Positions 8,782-18,700 of a stretch of DNA of 64,000 nucleotides are shown here, piece after piece. The DNA is from Bacilli bacterium (lineage in GTDB: Bacteria; Bacillota_I; Bacilli_A; ML615J-28; CAG-313): positions 2,418 to 66,417 of the forward strand of contig JAFQFT010000048.1 in the NCBI GenBank assembly GCA_017398545.1, in the 5' to 3' direction. The notes under the pieces were generated by a model. The model was not told the origin of the DNA. It worked only from the letters and a program-made list of their open reading frames with translations, and ran no database searches. A program made the translations under genes and the position numbers. How positions within the stretch are numbered: the first letter of the stretch is position 1; each line of letters begins with the position of its first letter.

Positions 8782-11700
8782 ATGAATTATTTTTTTATTA
8801 TAGATATAGTGTTACTAGTTATTCTAACTATTTCATTACTAGCAGGACTAATTAGGGGGTTTAAAAAATCTCTTAGAAGATTTATAGCATTGTTAATCCC
8901 AACAATTTGTTTGTTTATTTTCTTAGGCCCAATTACTAATGCAGTAATGAAAACAAAAGTGGATCTTGCTAAAATAGATAATATTGTTCATTTTATTCCT
9001 GATGAGTATACAAATGAACCTTATTCTATTAATGATGCAGTATCGATTATAGTGGCTGATAATATTTATCCAGATAGTGAAGCCTTACAACAAGATTCAA
9101 AAATGAATGAACTAATTATATCAGCTTCTTCAATGATTGTTAAGATTGTTGTATATTTTATAGGTTTATTCTTTGTTTGGTTAGTTAGTTTAATATTAAG
9201 ATTAGTATTTAGAATTATTTTTAGAAAAGCAAATAGAAAAGGTAAATTAATTGGACTTGGATTTGGTGCTTTACAATTTGTATTAATTTTTATTTTATAT
9301 TTATTACCTTTATTCGGTGTTGTTTCTTTTGCAAGTTCAGTTATTCATGAAGTAGATAAATATTATGAAGATGAATCTATAAAAGAAGTAATTGAATATG
9401 CAGATTTATATGAAAATACAATAACTAAAAAATATGTTTTAAATACTGCAACAAAAATCTTATGTACTGATAAATCAGTTTCATGCGATGCACAATTTGT
9501 AATGGGTGGTTTATCGTTTAAAGTTGATGGAGAAAAAGTTGTTCTTTTAGATGAATATTTAGAAATAAAAGATGCAATCCCATCAGCTATGAAAATTATA
9601 GATTTAGTAAATAGTTTAGATGGTGAAGAACAAATTGTTAAACTTTCAAATCTATCTGATGAAGATATTGAAAATATTTCAAGTGTAATTAAAAATACAA
9701 AACTTATAAGAGTAGCTATTCCTGCTGCACTTGAATACGCAGTTTATAGTAGTAAAGATTCAGAAAATGATTATAGTGATTTAATTAGTAAATTAAATCA
9801 ATTAGATTGGGACAAAGAATTAAATGCTATTGCTGATTTAATTAATGTAATAAAAAATCATAATGATTTAGAAATAAACATTAGTTCATTGGATTATGCA
9901 TTAAAATCAAGTGGTGTTATTGATCTTGCAACAGACCTTGTTAACGGTGCATTACAAATGAATATCGTTACAGAAGTTGCTATTCCATTTGTAATAAATA
10001 TGTTAGAAGATGAATTCTCAAAAGGCGAGTTTGCAGAATATCAAATAGACTTTACACCTATCAAAAATATTAACTGGAAAACAGATGGTTCTAGTTTTGT
10101 AACAACTCTTACTAATGTATATAAAGAATATTTAAGAGTAGACATTAATTTTAGTGATATTAAAGTTGCGTTAAATGATACTAAATTACCTGATTTTATT
10201 ACATATGTATTTGATGAAATTGATAAATCAGTTATTATAACTGATACGTTACTTCCAACTGTAATGCAAGTTCTTATCGCAAACTTAGAACAAGAAGAAG
10301 ATATATCTAACTTAGGTATTGATTTTGAAGAATTGAAAAAAGTTAATTGGAAAGAAAACTTAAAACCTATTAAAAACTTATTACATGATTTAATTGAATC
10401 TTATCAAGTATTAGAAATTAATCCTGAAGATTTTAAAGCAGTATTAAAAAATAATAAATTACAAGCAGAACTAGATAAATCAATTACTAATATTTTAGAT
10501 TGTGATGTATTTACAAATTACTTATTACCAATGGTGATGAATGTTTTAATAGAAAAATTAGAAACTAATGAATCACTTTCTTCATTTAATTTTGATTTTG
10601 CAGCAATTAAAAACACAAATTGGAAAACTGAATTAACATATTTTAAAGATGTATTTGTAGAATTCTTAAATGCTTATCAAGGTTTAGATTTTAATAAAGA
10701 TGATTGGATGGCTATTTTAGATAACGAAAATCTTTCAACTTATATTACTAATATATATAATGAGGCTAAAGAGTCTTCACTTGTAAGTGAACATATATTA
10801 CCTAAGCTTCCTAATAAATTGCATGAATTAATTGATGGAGTAGATAGTTCGCTTGATGTTTCATTCTTAAAAGAACTTATAACAGAAGATTCTATTGATG
10901 CTTTATTAACAAACGATTTAGATAAATTAATTATTTTATTTAAAGAAATTAAAGCACTAGGTTTATTAGATGGGGCAGAACTTGATTATACAGATGCTAA
11001 TACACAAGATAGCTTAATAAATGTAATTAAAGAAATATTTGATTTAAGTGTTGTAAACGGAAAAGAAAAAGATATATTTAAATCAATAGTTACAATGATT
11101 AATATTGAACCAGTTTTAGAACAATATGATATTACATTAGATTATGAAAATGTGGAAAATTGGGATAAAGAAGTAGATTATATTTGTACAATCTTTAAAA
11201 ATACAATGACACTTACTGGTGATTTAGAAGGATTTGATTTAACAACGCTTTTAACAAAGATTTCTACTGAAGATGAAAAAAATAGAATTGCAGAAATTGT
11301 TGAAGCAATTGGATATAGTGATTTATTTGGTGATTCTATTTATACAATAATTGATACAGTATCAAAAGAAATTGATTCCACAATTGAAATTAATTTCACA
11401 AATGAAGAGAAAAACACAATTGAAAATATAAATGGTTGGAAATTCGAAGCATTACATATTCTAGAATTAGTTGAAAAAATTGATCATATTGATTTTGGGG
11501 TAGATTATGAACATCTCAATGCAGATGAAATAAAAGATATCATGATGTATTGCTCAGAAAGTGTTGTATCAACAAAACTATTTGGAAGTATACTTAATAA
11601 TGTATTTAGTGGAGTAGTTCATCAAGATTTTACTAACCAAGATGCAATGAGAAGTTCAGCAGATTTAATCTATAATGCAATCAAAGTAGCTTCGATTGTA

Positions 11701-12018
11701 CAAAATGATAGTATTGATTTAACAGACCCGACTGTTACAAATGAATTAATCGAATCAATTGAATCTATCGCAACATCAGAAGAAAATCTTGAACTTACAA
11801 ATCAATTAATTAATGATATTGTTGGTAATGAAACTCATGTTGATTATACTAAAGAAGAAATTATTGAAGCCGCAGAAGTAGTTGAGTCAATTATTACACA
11901 ATATCAAGATGCTACTGATCAAGATAATTTTGATTTAGATAACTTATCAGAAGAAGATAAAGAAATGATTGAGAACTCTGAAATTGCAAAAGCAATTCTA
12001 GATGCATTATTTAAATAA
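8782..12018 (+). CDS. giant-repeat protein, small paralog: CvpA-like membrane anchor plus acidic W-anchored ~90-aa helical repeats
   Basis: 1078 aa. The N-terminus IIDIVLLVILTISLLAGLIRGFKKSLRRFIALL is CvpA-like. More helices extend to about aa 190, with a K/R loop (RKANRKGK). The rest is D/E/N/I/L-rich, with Trp anchor codons at nt 9808, 10075, 10348, 10621, 11161 and 11437 (aa 343, 432, 523, 614, 794, 886; about 90-aa spacing). Confidence 0.8.
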   Translation: MNYFFIIDIVLLVILTISLLAGLIRGFKKSLRRFIALLIPTICLFIFLGPITNAVMKTKVDLAKIDNIVHFIPDEYTNEPYSINDAVSIIVADNIYPDSEALQQDSKMNELIISASSMIVKIVVYFIGLFFVWLVSLILRLVFRIIFRKANRKGKLIGLGFGALQFVLIFILYLLPLFGVVSFASSVIHEVDKYYEDESIKEVIEYADLYENTITKKYVLNTATKILCTDKSVSCDAQFVMGGLSFKVDGEKVVLLDEYLEIKDAIPSAMKIIDLVNSLDGEEQIVKLSNLSDEDIENISSVIKNTKLIRVAIPAALEYAVYSSKDSENDYSDLISKLNQLDWDKELNAIADLINVIKNHNDLEINISSLDYALKSSGVIDLATDLVNGALQMNIVTEVAIPFVINMLEDEFSKGEFAEYQIDFTPIKNINWKTDGSSFVTTLTNVYKEYLRVDINFSDIKVALNDTKLPDFITYVFDEIDKSVIITDTLLPTVMQVLIANLEQEEDISNLGIDFEELKKVNWKENLKPIKNLLHDLIESYQVLEINPEDFKAVLKNNKLQAELDKSITNILDCDVFTNYLLPMVMNVLIEKLETNESLSSFNFDFAAIKNTNWKTELTYFKDVFVEFLNAYQGLDFNKDDWMAILDNENLSTYITNIYNEAKESSLVSEHILPKLPNKLHELIDGVDSSLDVSFLKELITEDSIDALLTNDLDKLIILFKEIKALGLLDGAELDYTDANTQDSLINVIKEIFDLSVVNGKEKDIFKSIVTMINIEPVLEQYDITLDYENVENWDKEVDYICTIFKNTMTLTGDLEGFDLTTLLTKISTEDEKNRIAEIVEAIGYSDLFGDSIYTIIDTVSKEIDSTIEINFTNEEKNTIENINGWKFEALHILELVEKIDHIDFGVDYEHLNADEIKDIMMYCSESVVSTKLFGSILNNVFSGVVHQDFTNQDAMRSSADLIYNAIKVASIVQNDSIDLTDPTVTNELIESIESIATSEENLELTNQLINDIVGNETHVDYTKEEIIEAAEVVESIITQYQDATDQDNFDLDNLSEEDKEMIENSEIAKAILDALFK

Positions 12019-12034
12019 AAAATTAAATAACCTA

Positions 12035-12063
12035 TTTACAAAAAGAAATTAATGTGATATACT
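12035..12063 (+). promoter_or_regulatory. strong sigma-A-type promoter with extended -10, directly after the 1078-aa gene stop
   Basis: TTTACA (12035-12040), 17-nt spacer ending in TGa, TATACT (12058-12063). Confidence 0.6.
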
Positions 12064-12069
12064 ATAACC

Positions 12070-12165
12070 AGAAGTAATCAGTTTCACTCGCATGAAACTC
12101 TTCTTCCTTAAGTAGAAAAGTCCCTTTTTAAAATAATGGTGTATTGGAGGGACTTTTTATATTCT
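12070..12165 (+). ncRNA. candidate ~90-nt small RNA (type I antitoxin-like)
   Basis: Bounded by the promoter at 12035-12063 and the hairpin at 12116-12157 plus its T-run. It contains hairpin AGTTTCA-ctcgca-TGAAACT, then the single-stranded CTTCTTCCTT (12100-12109), which complements the RBS region of the convergent small ORF. There is no ORF with an RBS inside. Confidence 0.4.
12116..12157. terminator. bidirectional hairpin shared by the candidate sRNA and the convergent small ORF
   Basis: Stem AAAAGTCCC / GGGACTTTT with a large 24-nt loop. TTTTTAT follows on + and TTTTCTACTT on -. It would also terminate the 1078-aa gene transcript. Confidence 0.5.
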
Positions 12166-12321
12166 ACTTTTTTTGTTCTTTTTTATATAACTTATAAAAG
12201 TTATCATCGCACTTATTAATCTGAATACTTCAGTAATAAACTTGATTATACTAATAAACATTGCTTCTTCCTTTCTTTGGAGAAGCACTTTTTTATTAAT
12301 AAGAAATATAAAAAGTTTCAT
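12157..12321 (-). CDS. small amphipathic peptide with basic tail (type I toxin-like), 54 aa; alternative 34-aa form from internal ATG 12261
   Basis: Hand translation: MKLFIFLINKKVLLQRKEEAMFISIIKFITEVFRLISAMITFISYIKKNKKSRI. There is a strong RBS (AAAGGAGA) 8 nt upstream of ATG 12321 and a second RBS (AAAGGAAG) before the internal ATG. The stop abuts the bidirectional hairpin. It is not in the supplied ORF track because it is under 60 aa. Confidence 0.4.
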   Translation of the reverse strand: MKLFIFLINKKVLLQRKEEAMFISIIKFITEVFRLISAMITFISYIKKNKKSRI

Positions 12322-12389
12322 GTGCTATTCTCCTTTCTTATACCCCCTATTAAATAAGAAATATAGAAGAAGAGTACACATCCCCAGGT

Positions 12390-12417
12390 AATATATATAA
12401 TACTGTATACGAGTAAA
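12390..12417 (-). promoter_or_regulatory. candidate promoter for the small minus-strand ORF
   Basis: On the minus strand: TTTACT (12417-12412), 16-nt spacer, TATATT (12395-12390). This gives a 5' UTR of about 60 nt. Confidence 0.35.
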
Positions 12418-12540
12418 CCAAATCACTTCATATACATAATTAGCAGAACTAGGGTAAATTGCTCTTTTTATTTAAGAAAAGTTTTCGACAACTATTTACA
12501 TTTGAATTTCTATTATTGAAAAAATAAAATCTAATTTATA

Positions 12541-12571
12541 AAAAAGATGTATTTGAACATCTATTTTTTTT
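12541..12571. terminator. weak bidirectional hairpin in the giant-gene upstream spacer
   Basis: AAAAAGATGT-atttga-ACATCT-A-TTTTTTTT. The stem is only 6 bp, flanked by an A-run and a T-run. Confidence 0.3.
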
Positions 12572-12720
12572 AAAAAACTTATAAAATTATTTTGCTAAAT
12601 TTTCCTATCAGACTATACTTTTTGTTATAAAAAAATTTAATTTATAATCCAATAATTGGAAAAAGTTTTAATTAAAAAAAGTAAAATCTAATTTTTTTGA
12701 ATATTTTAAGGTAGGATTAC

Positions 12721-12749
12721 TTGCAAAAAAAGAACTTTTTTAGTATAAT
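12721..12749 (+). promoter_or_regulatory. sigma-A-type promoter of the 4408-aa gene
   Basis: TTGCAA (12721-12726), 17-nt spacer, TATAAT (12744-12749). The AAGAGGTG RBS ends 7 nt before ATG 12787. Confidence 0.6.
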
Positions 12750-12786
12750 AAATGAGTAAAGTCATAAATAAAAGAGGTGAATTACA

Positions 12787-15700
12787 ATGATGGATTTTAA
12801 TCTGATATTGTTATTAGTCGGGTTGGGATTACTAGTACTAGTAGCAGTATTTGTACTTTTAGGTTGTTTCGCTGGTCTAAAGAAAGAACTTAAATGTGCA
12901 GCTATTGGCTTTGTAGTGTTACTTTTAACATTACTAGTCTTTGGCAACTCTTCAACAATCCTTGATTTTAATGGGTCATTGTTGAAGAATTTCATTCAGG
13001 GAATTCCAAGCTCTGCAGAAACTATTTGGGACTGCATTTTAGCACTTGTTCAAACAAATGTTCCTGGTGGGGCTGAGATCTTTGCTGAAGGAACAAAATC
13101 CTATGCCTTTTTATACAGTGTTGTGAGCGGCGTTGCACGTGGTGCAATGTTAATCATTGGAACATTAGTAATGTTCATTCTATGTACTATCGGTCTTGGT
13201 ATTTACCGTTTAGTTAGTAGAATTGTTGCTCACAATAAAGCTAAGAAGCGTGCTGAATCTGGTATTGTGGAACCGCAACCAGAACAAGACAAAGTTATAA
13301 ATGACAATGTTTTAGTAGCACAATCAGAAGCTGGTGATGACGAAGGAGTTATGATTACGGCAAACAAAGAGCCTGTTAAGAAAGGTTCTGGCAAACATCG
13401 TGGATGGGCTGGAGCTCTTGCGGGACTTCGTGCTGTAATTGCAATTATCTTCTTATTCGCTCCTGTATCGGGTGTATGTTCGATTCTGGATGAGATTTCT
13501 CCTGAAACTGAAACACTTATAAATGAATCATTAAGCGGTAATAAACAAAACACTGCTGCATCAAACACTATCTTAGATGTTGTTCTTGATTTTAAAGATG
13601 CATATTACGATAGTGCAGTAGGTAAGTTTATTGAAGGTTCTAAATTCTTCTTTGGTGAATCATTTAGTATGCAACTTTTCGATAGTGCATTTGTTATTGA
13701 AGGCGACAAAAATAACATTGTAGTACGTGAAGAAGCTATTGTCTTTGTAGATGCTGTAAATGCACTAGAAGGCAATCTTGATTTGAAAAAGTTAGAATAT
13801 AGCCAAATCGCTAATGCTTTAGATGAATTAAAAAATTCTGAATTACTTGTTGAAGCTATGCCTGTTGCTATTGAAACAGCATACTACTATCCAATTAATG
13901 CAAATGGAAACATTAAATTAATGGGTACTAATGAATCTCTAAAAGATTTATTATTTGCTTCAAAACAACAAGCTGCATTCTTAGAATTAAGACAAGTAGA
14001 TTGGGATAAAAACATTGAGATTTTACTTGATACTGTTAAAGAGGCTTATAAACTTGGTGTCTTAGATGAAGATTTTAATTTCTTAACTATGGATCCAGAA
14101 CAATTAAGCGCTACAGTTGAAGTACTTCTTAAATCTGATGCAATTAATAGTATTTTAAATATTGCTGTTCAAACTGCATTAAAATTAGATGTTGTTAAAA
14201 ATAATGTTGGTGAATTACCTACAGCTGACTTATCTGATTTTAGCTGGGCAAAAGAATTTGAAAATATTATTGATATCTATGAAACATTCCAAGGTTTAGA
14301 AATTACTTCATTAAGTAATCTTGATATTAAAGCATTAGTTACTGAAATCGTAAATGATGAAGACAAACTTCAAATTGTTGTAGATATTGTTAAACAAGTT
14401 ACTGAATTACAACTAGTTAACAAAGTTGGTTATGACGCATTAGTTGGATATGTTTCAAATATGAGTCATGTAGTTAATGCTGGTGATGATGTTGTTAAAG
14501 CAGTAAAAGATTTAAAAGATGTTAATTGGTCAAATGATATTAATATTTATGTTGAAGCAGCAATTGAAGCACTACCACTAATTGAAATTGGTGATGGTTT
14601 AAAAATTAATGTTGATTATCTAAATTTAGATGTTGATACAATTAGAAATGTACTTGATATCTTATTTACTACTGAATCGTTTGAAAAATTACTTCCTGTT
14701 GGTGCAAGTATCGGTTTAAATATTGCATTATCTAACGAAAAAGTAATTGGATTCTTAGGTGATATTAAAGTAGAACTTGATACTTCTGCAATTAATTGGA
14801 AACAAGAAATTACAACTTTAGTTGATGCATATGATGAATTCCAAGATCTTGGAATTAAAGAACTAAATAAAGAAGTTGATTATAAAGCATTACTTACTGA
14901 CATTGCAAATGATAGTGCTAAAGTTGAAATTGTTGAAAATGTAATTGAAAAAGTTACTGAATCACAATTGATTAAAGAAGTAGTATATGGTGTTGCAATT
15001 GAATATGTATTAAACATTAAATCTATCCAAGATCAAGGTACTGATCTTGTAGAAGCAATTCAAGAACTAAAAGAACATGATTGGTCAAAAGATATTAATG
15101 CATATGTTGATGCAGCAATCGCAGCATTACCACTAATTGAAATTGAAGAAGGATTACAAATCAAAATTGATATTCTAAATTTAGATGCAGTACAACTTCA
15201 AGTTGTTATTGATACTTTATTTACTGCTGAATCATTTGAAAAACTTTTACCTGTTGTTGCAAACATTGGTTTAGATAAAGCATTATCTAACGCTAAAGTT
15301 AAAGAACTTATTGGTGAAGAAGCAATTGTTTATGATACTTCTAATGTTAACTGGAAACAAGACTTTACATCATTAGTTAACATTTATAGTACATTCCAAG
15401 AACTTGATATTAATAGTCTAGAAGACTTTAATGATATGTTAGCTGTTGCAAAACGTATCTTAGATAGTGAAAAACAAAGTGAAGCAGTTACATCAATTTT
15501 ACATCAACTTGTTGATATGACATTATATGAAGGCGTAATTATTCCATTTGCTGATGCTACTGTAACTAATTTAATTAGTACAAGAGCTTCAAACTTTGAA
15601 GGCATTTTAAATATTACAAAACTTAATAAAGATGCATGGAAAAATGATTTTGCTGATTTAGTAGCTATTGCTAGAAATGTTTACGGAATTTGTGAATTAG

Positions 15701-18700
15701 AATTCAAACTTGAAAATATTGATTTTGAACTTCTTTGTGGAGTTCTTGGTACAGAAACTATTGAGTTAGTATTTAACTTAAATTTACTTGATGGTGATGA
15801 AGCTAAAAATCAATTAGTTATTGCTTTATTAAAACAATTTAAAGTATTTGATGAAGAACAATTAGCAAACGTTGATTTAAGTGAAGTTATCTGGGTTTCA
15901 GATGGTGAATATTCAGAAGTTGCTAATTTCCAAGCAATCTTAACTGTTTTAGGTAAAATGCTTGAAATTGATGGAATTGATTTAAATAACTTTAAATTTG
16001 ACGTTAGTGACATTCTTGCTGATGAAGATGTTTATGGATATGCAGTAGATTTATTAGATGTAGTTGTTGATTCTAAATTAATCCTTGCATTAATGCCTAA
16101 CATTCTTGATAAATACGTTGTTCCTAGAGTTGAACAATGGGATGATGAAGATGGAACATTAAGTCAAATTATTACTGGTTTAGAATCTGATGAATTAGTA
16201 CTTGAAGTTCAAAAACTAGTTGATGTTGTAAAAGCTGTTGTTGATCTTAATGTATTAAATTACAAAGAAGAAGGTATCGAAGGTATTGATTTTGCTAATA
16301 CAGATGCTCTTAAAACAATCGTTAATGGTATTTTCGATTCTAAACTATTAGAAGGTTATGAATCAAGAGTAGTTCGTATCCTACTTAAAGTTACTAATAT
16401 TTTCCCTGATCTTGCAAAAGGCACATTTGATAGTGTTGATTTCGATAGTGAACAAGCAATCTTGATTGCTGCTATTGATGCGTTAGAAGTTGTACTTAAA
16501 GATGAAAACTTCTTAACACTTGATGAAAATGGTAAATTAAAATTAGATAAAGAATTCTACTTAAAAGATGAAACTTTAGATGCATTCTTAAATGCTTTAA
16601 AAGCATTATTCGGTGAATATAAAGAAGGTTCTTCAATTTATGGTTCACAAATCGTTGAAATTTTATTACCTGATTTATTTGAAAAATTTGTTGCTAAATT
16701 AATTCCAGAACAATTCGATGAATTAATGGCTATCTTAAATATTGATGGAGCTAATCCAAGACTTCTATCTGATGATATTCGTAAAGTAATTTATATTGCT
16801 GAATTATTAATTGATGAAAAAGTTCAATCATATTTACTTGGAAATGATTATAATTTCTCTAACATTATTGATGCTTTACAAGAAGTTGTTGAAACTGTAT
16901 TTAACTTAAATATGGTTAATGGAAGTGAAGCTGAACTTATGGCTTGGGCTCTTAACTATGTACAATCAACTGCTAAATTTAATATTGCTACATTTACAGC
17001 AGAAGATTTCGCAAATGTTGATTGGGATAAAGAAGTAGTTGCAATTAATACACTACTTGATGATGTAATTAAATTTACAAATGTTAATAAGATTTCTACA
17101 GTTAATAAATTAATTAACTTCATTAAGAATAAAGACTTCTTAAAAGATGATTTCTTACAAACTTATAATTACAATGTTATATTTGAAACTATTGAAGATT
17201 TATTTGATTTACAAACAATTGAATATACACTTCCAGTACTATTAGAATATGCATTAAATGTTGCAAAAGAAAAGAACTTTGATGTTTCATTCTTAGGTGA
17301 TAACATGACTAGTGAATTACTAGTTGAAGATGTTAAATCAATTGTTGAAGCATTAAAAGTTGCTGTTTATGATATTGAAATTTTAGAATATAAGAAAGCT
17401 AATTGGACAGGTGATCTTCCAGAAGTTGAATATGTTGTTGAAATTTTAGATATTATCGTTAACCTTAATCTTTTAGAAAATAAAGAAAAACAATTATTAC
17501 GTTACTTAGTAGATAAATTTATTCCTGCTAATCCTTATGTTAAAGCAAGTGATTTCACATTCGATTTACATTATGATTTCGATGCTGATTTTGAAATCAT
17601 AAAAGAAGCTTTACCATTAGTTTATGAATTAATTTATGCTAATAACATGACTAAGATTGAACAAGTTAAAGCATTCATTACTGAAAAATGGTATATGAAT
17701 ACTGATTTAGTTAAAGATTATAATATTACTCTTGCATGTGATTTAGTTGAAGTATTAAGTGATTTACAATTAGTTGAACAAGCATTATATGGTCTTGTTA
17801 ATAACATTACTGAATTAGAAGCTCTTACTAAGATTGGTGATTTCTCAAGTTTAGAAACTCTTTCAAGAAGAGAACTAGTTAGTGATCTTAAGACACTTGT
17901 AAGTATTGTTCGTCAAGGATTAGATGCTAATTTACTAGATTATTATGTATATAAAGATTTAGATTACATTGATTATGAAGGTCTTGCTGGTATCATTGAA
18001 ACTGTTGGAACACTTAACACAGTTAAATATTGTGGTTCTGATATTCTTCCAGAAGTACTAAATTATATTCTTTCTAAAAACTCTAAATTAAATATCAACC
18101 ATACATTTACTAAAGATGATTTTGCTGATGTAAATTGGGAAGAAGAAACAATTATTTTAGGTCAAGTATTAGTTGAAACTGGTGTATTATTAAATAATAT
18201 TAATCTTGATTCGTTATCAGATATCTTATTATTTATCAATCATAAAGATTATTTAAATACAATTATTTACACTGATGCTAACGCTAAACAACTTGTTAAT
18301 ATTCTTGATGTTGCTATTGAAAGTGAAATTGTTAAAGCTGTTGGTATTATTGGATTTGATCTTGCATTAGATTTAGCAAAAGATAAAGGATTAGATATTA
18401 CATTCTTAAGAGGTAAATTAACTAGTGATGATTTAATTAGTGATTTAGATGTAATTGTTGAAATTGCATTCAATGCTATTGAATTTGGTGCTGTTGAATA
18501 CGTTGTTACTAAGAATATTAATGATATCGATACTACATATCTTGTTAATATCGTTGCATTATTAGAAGAACTTAACATTCTAAAATGTTCACAACCTGAA
18601 TGGACTGAACTTGCAGTTTCTAAAATTGCTAAGTTATTAAAACTTGAAGTAGAAGTAGCTGCTGATAAATATAGTTCAATTGATTTTGCTAATGAAAATG

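Noticed and set aside
12762-12995. 77-aa minus-strand ORF overlapping the start of the 4408-aa gene
   Set aside because: It is antisense to the giant gene's RBS, start and first TM helices. The translation is an S/T/N/P-rich string with no RBS.
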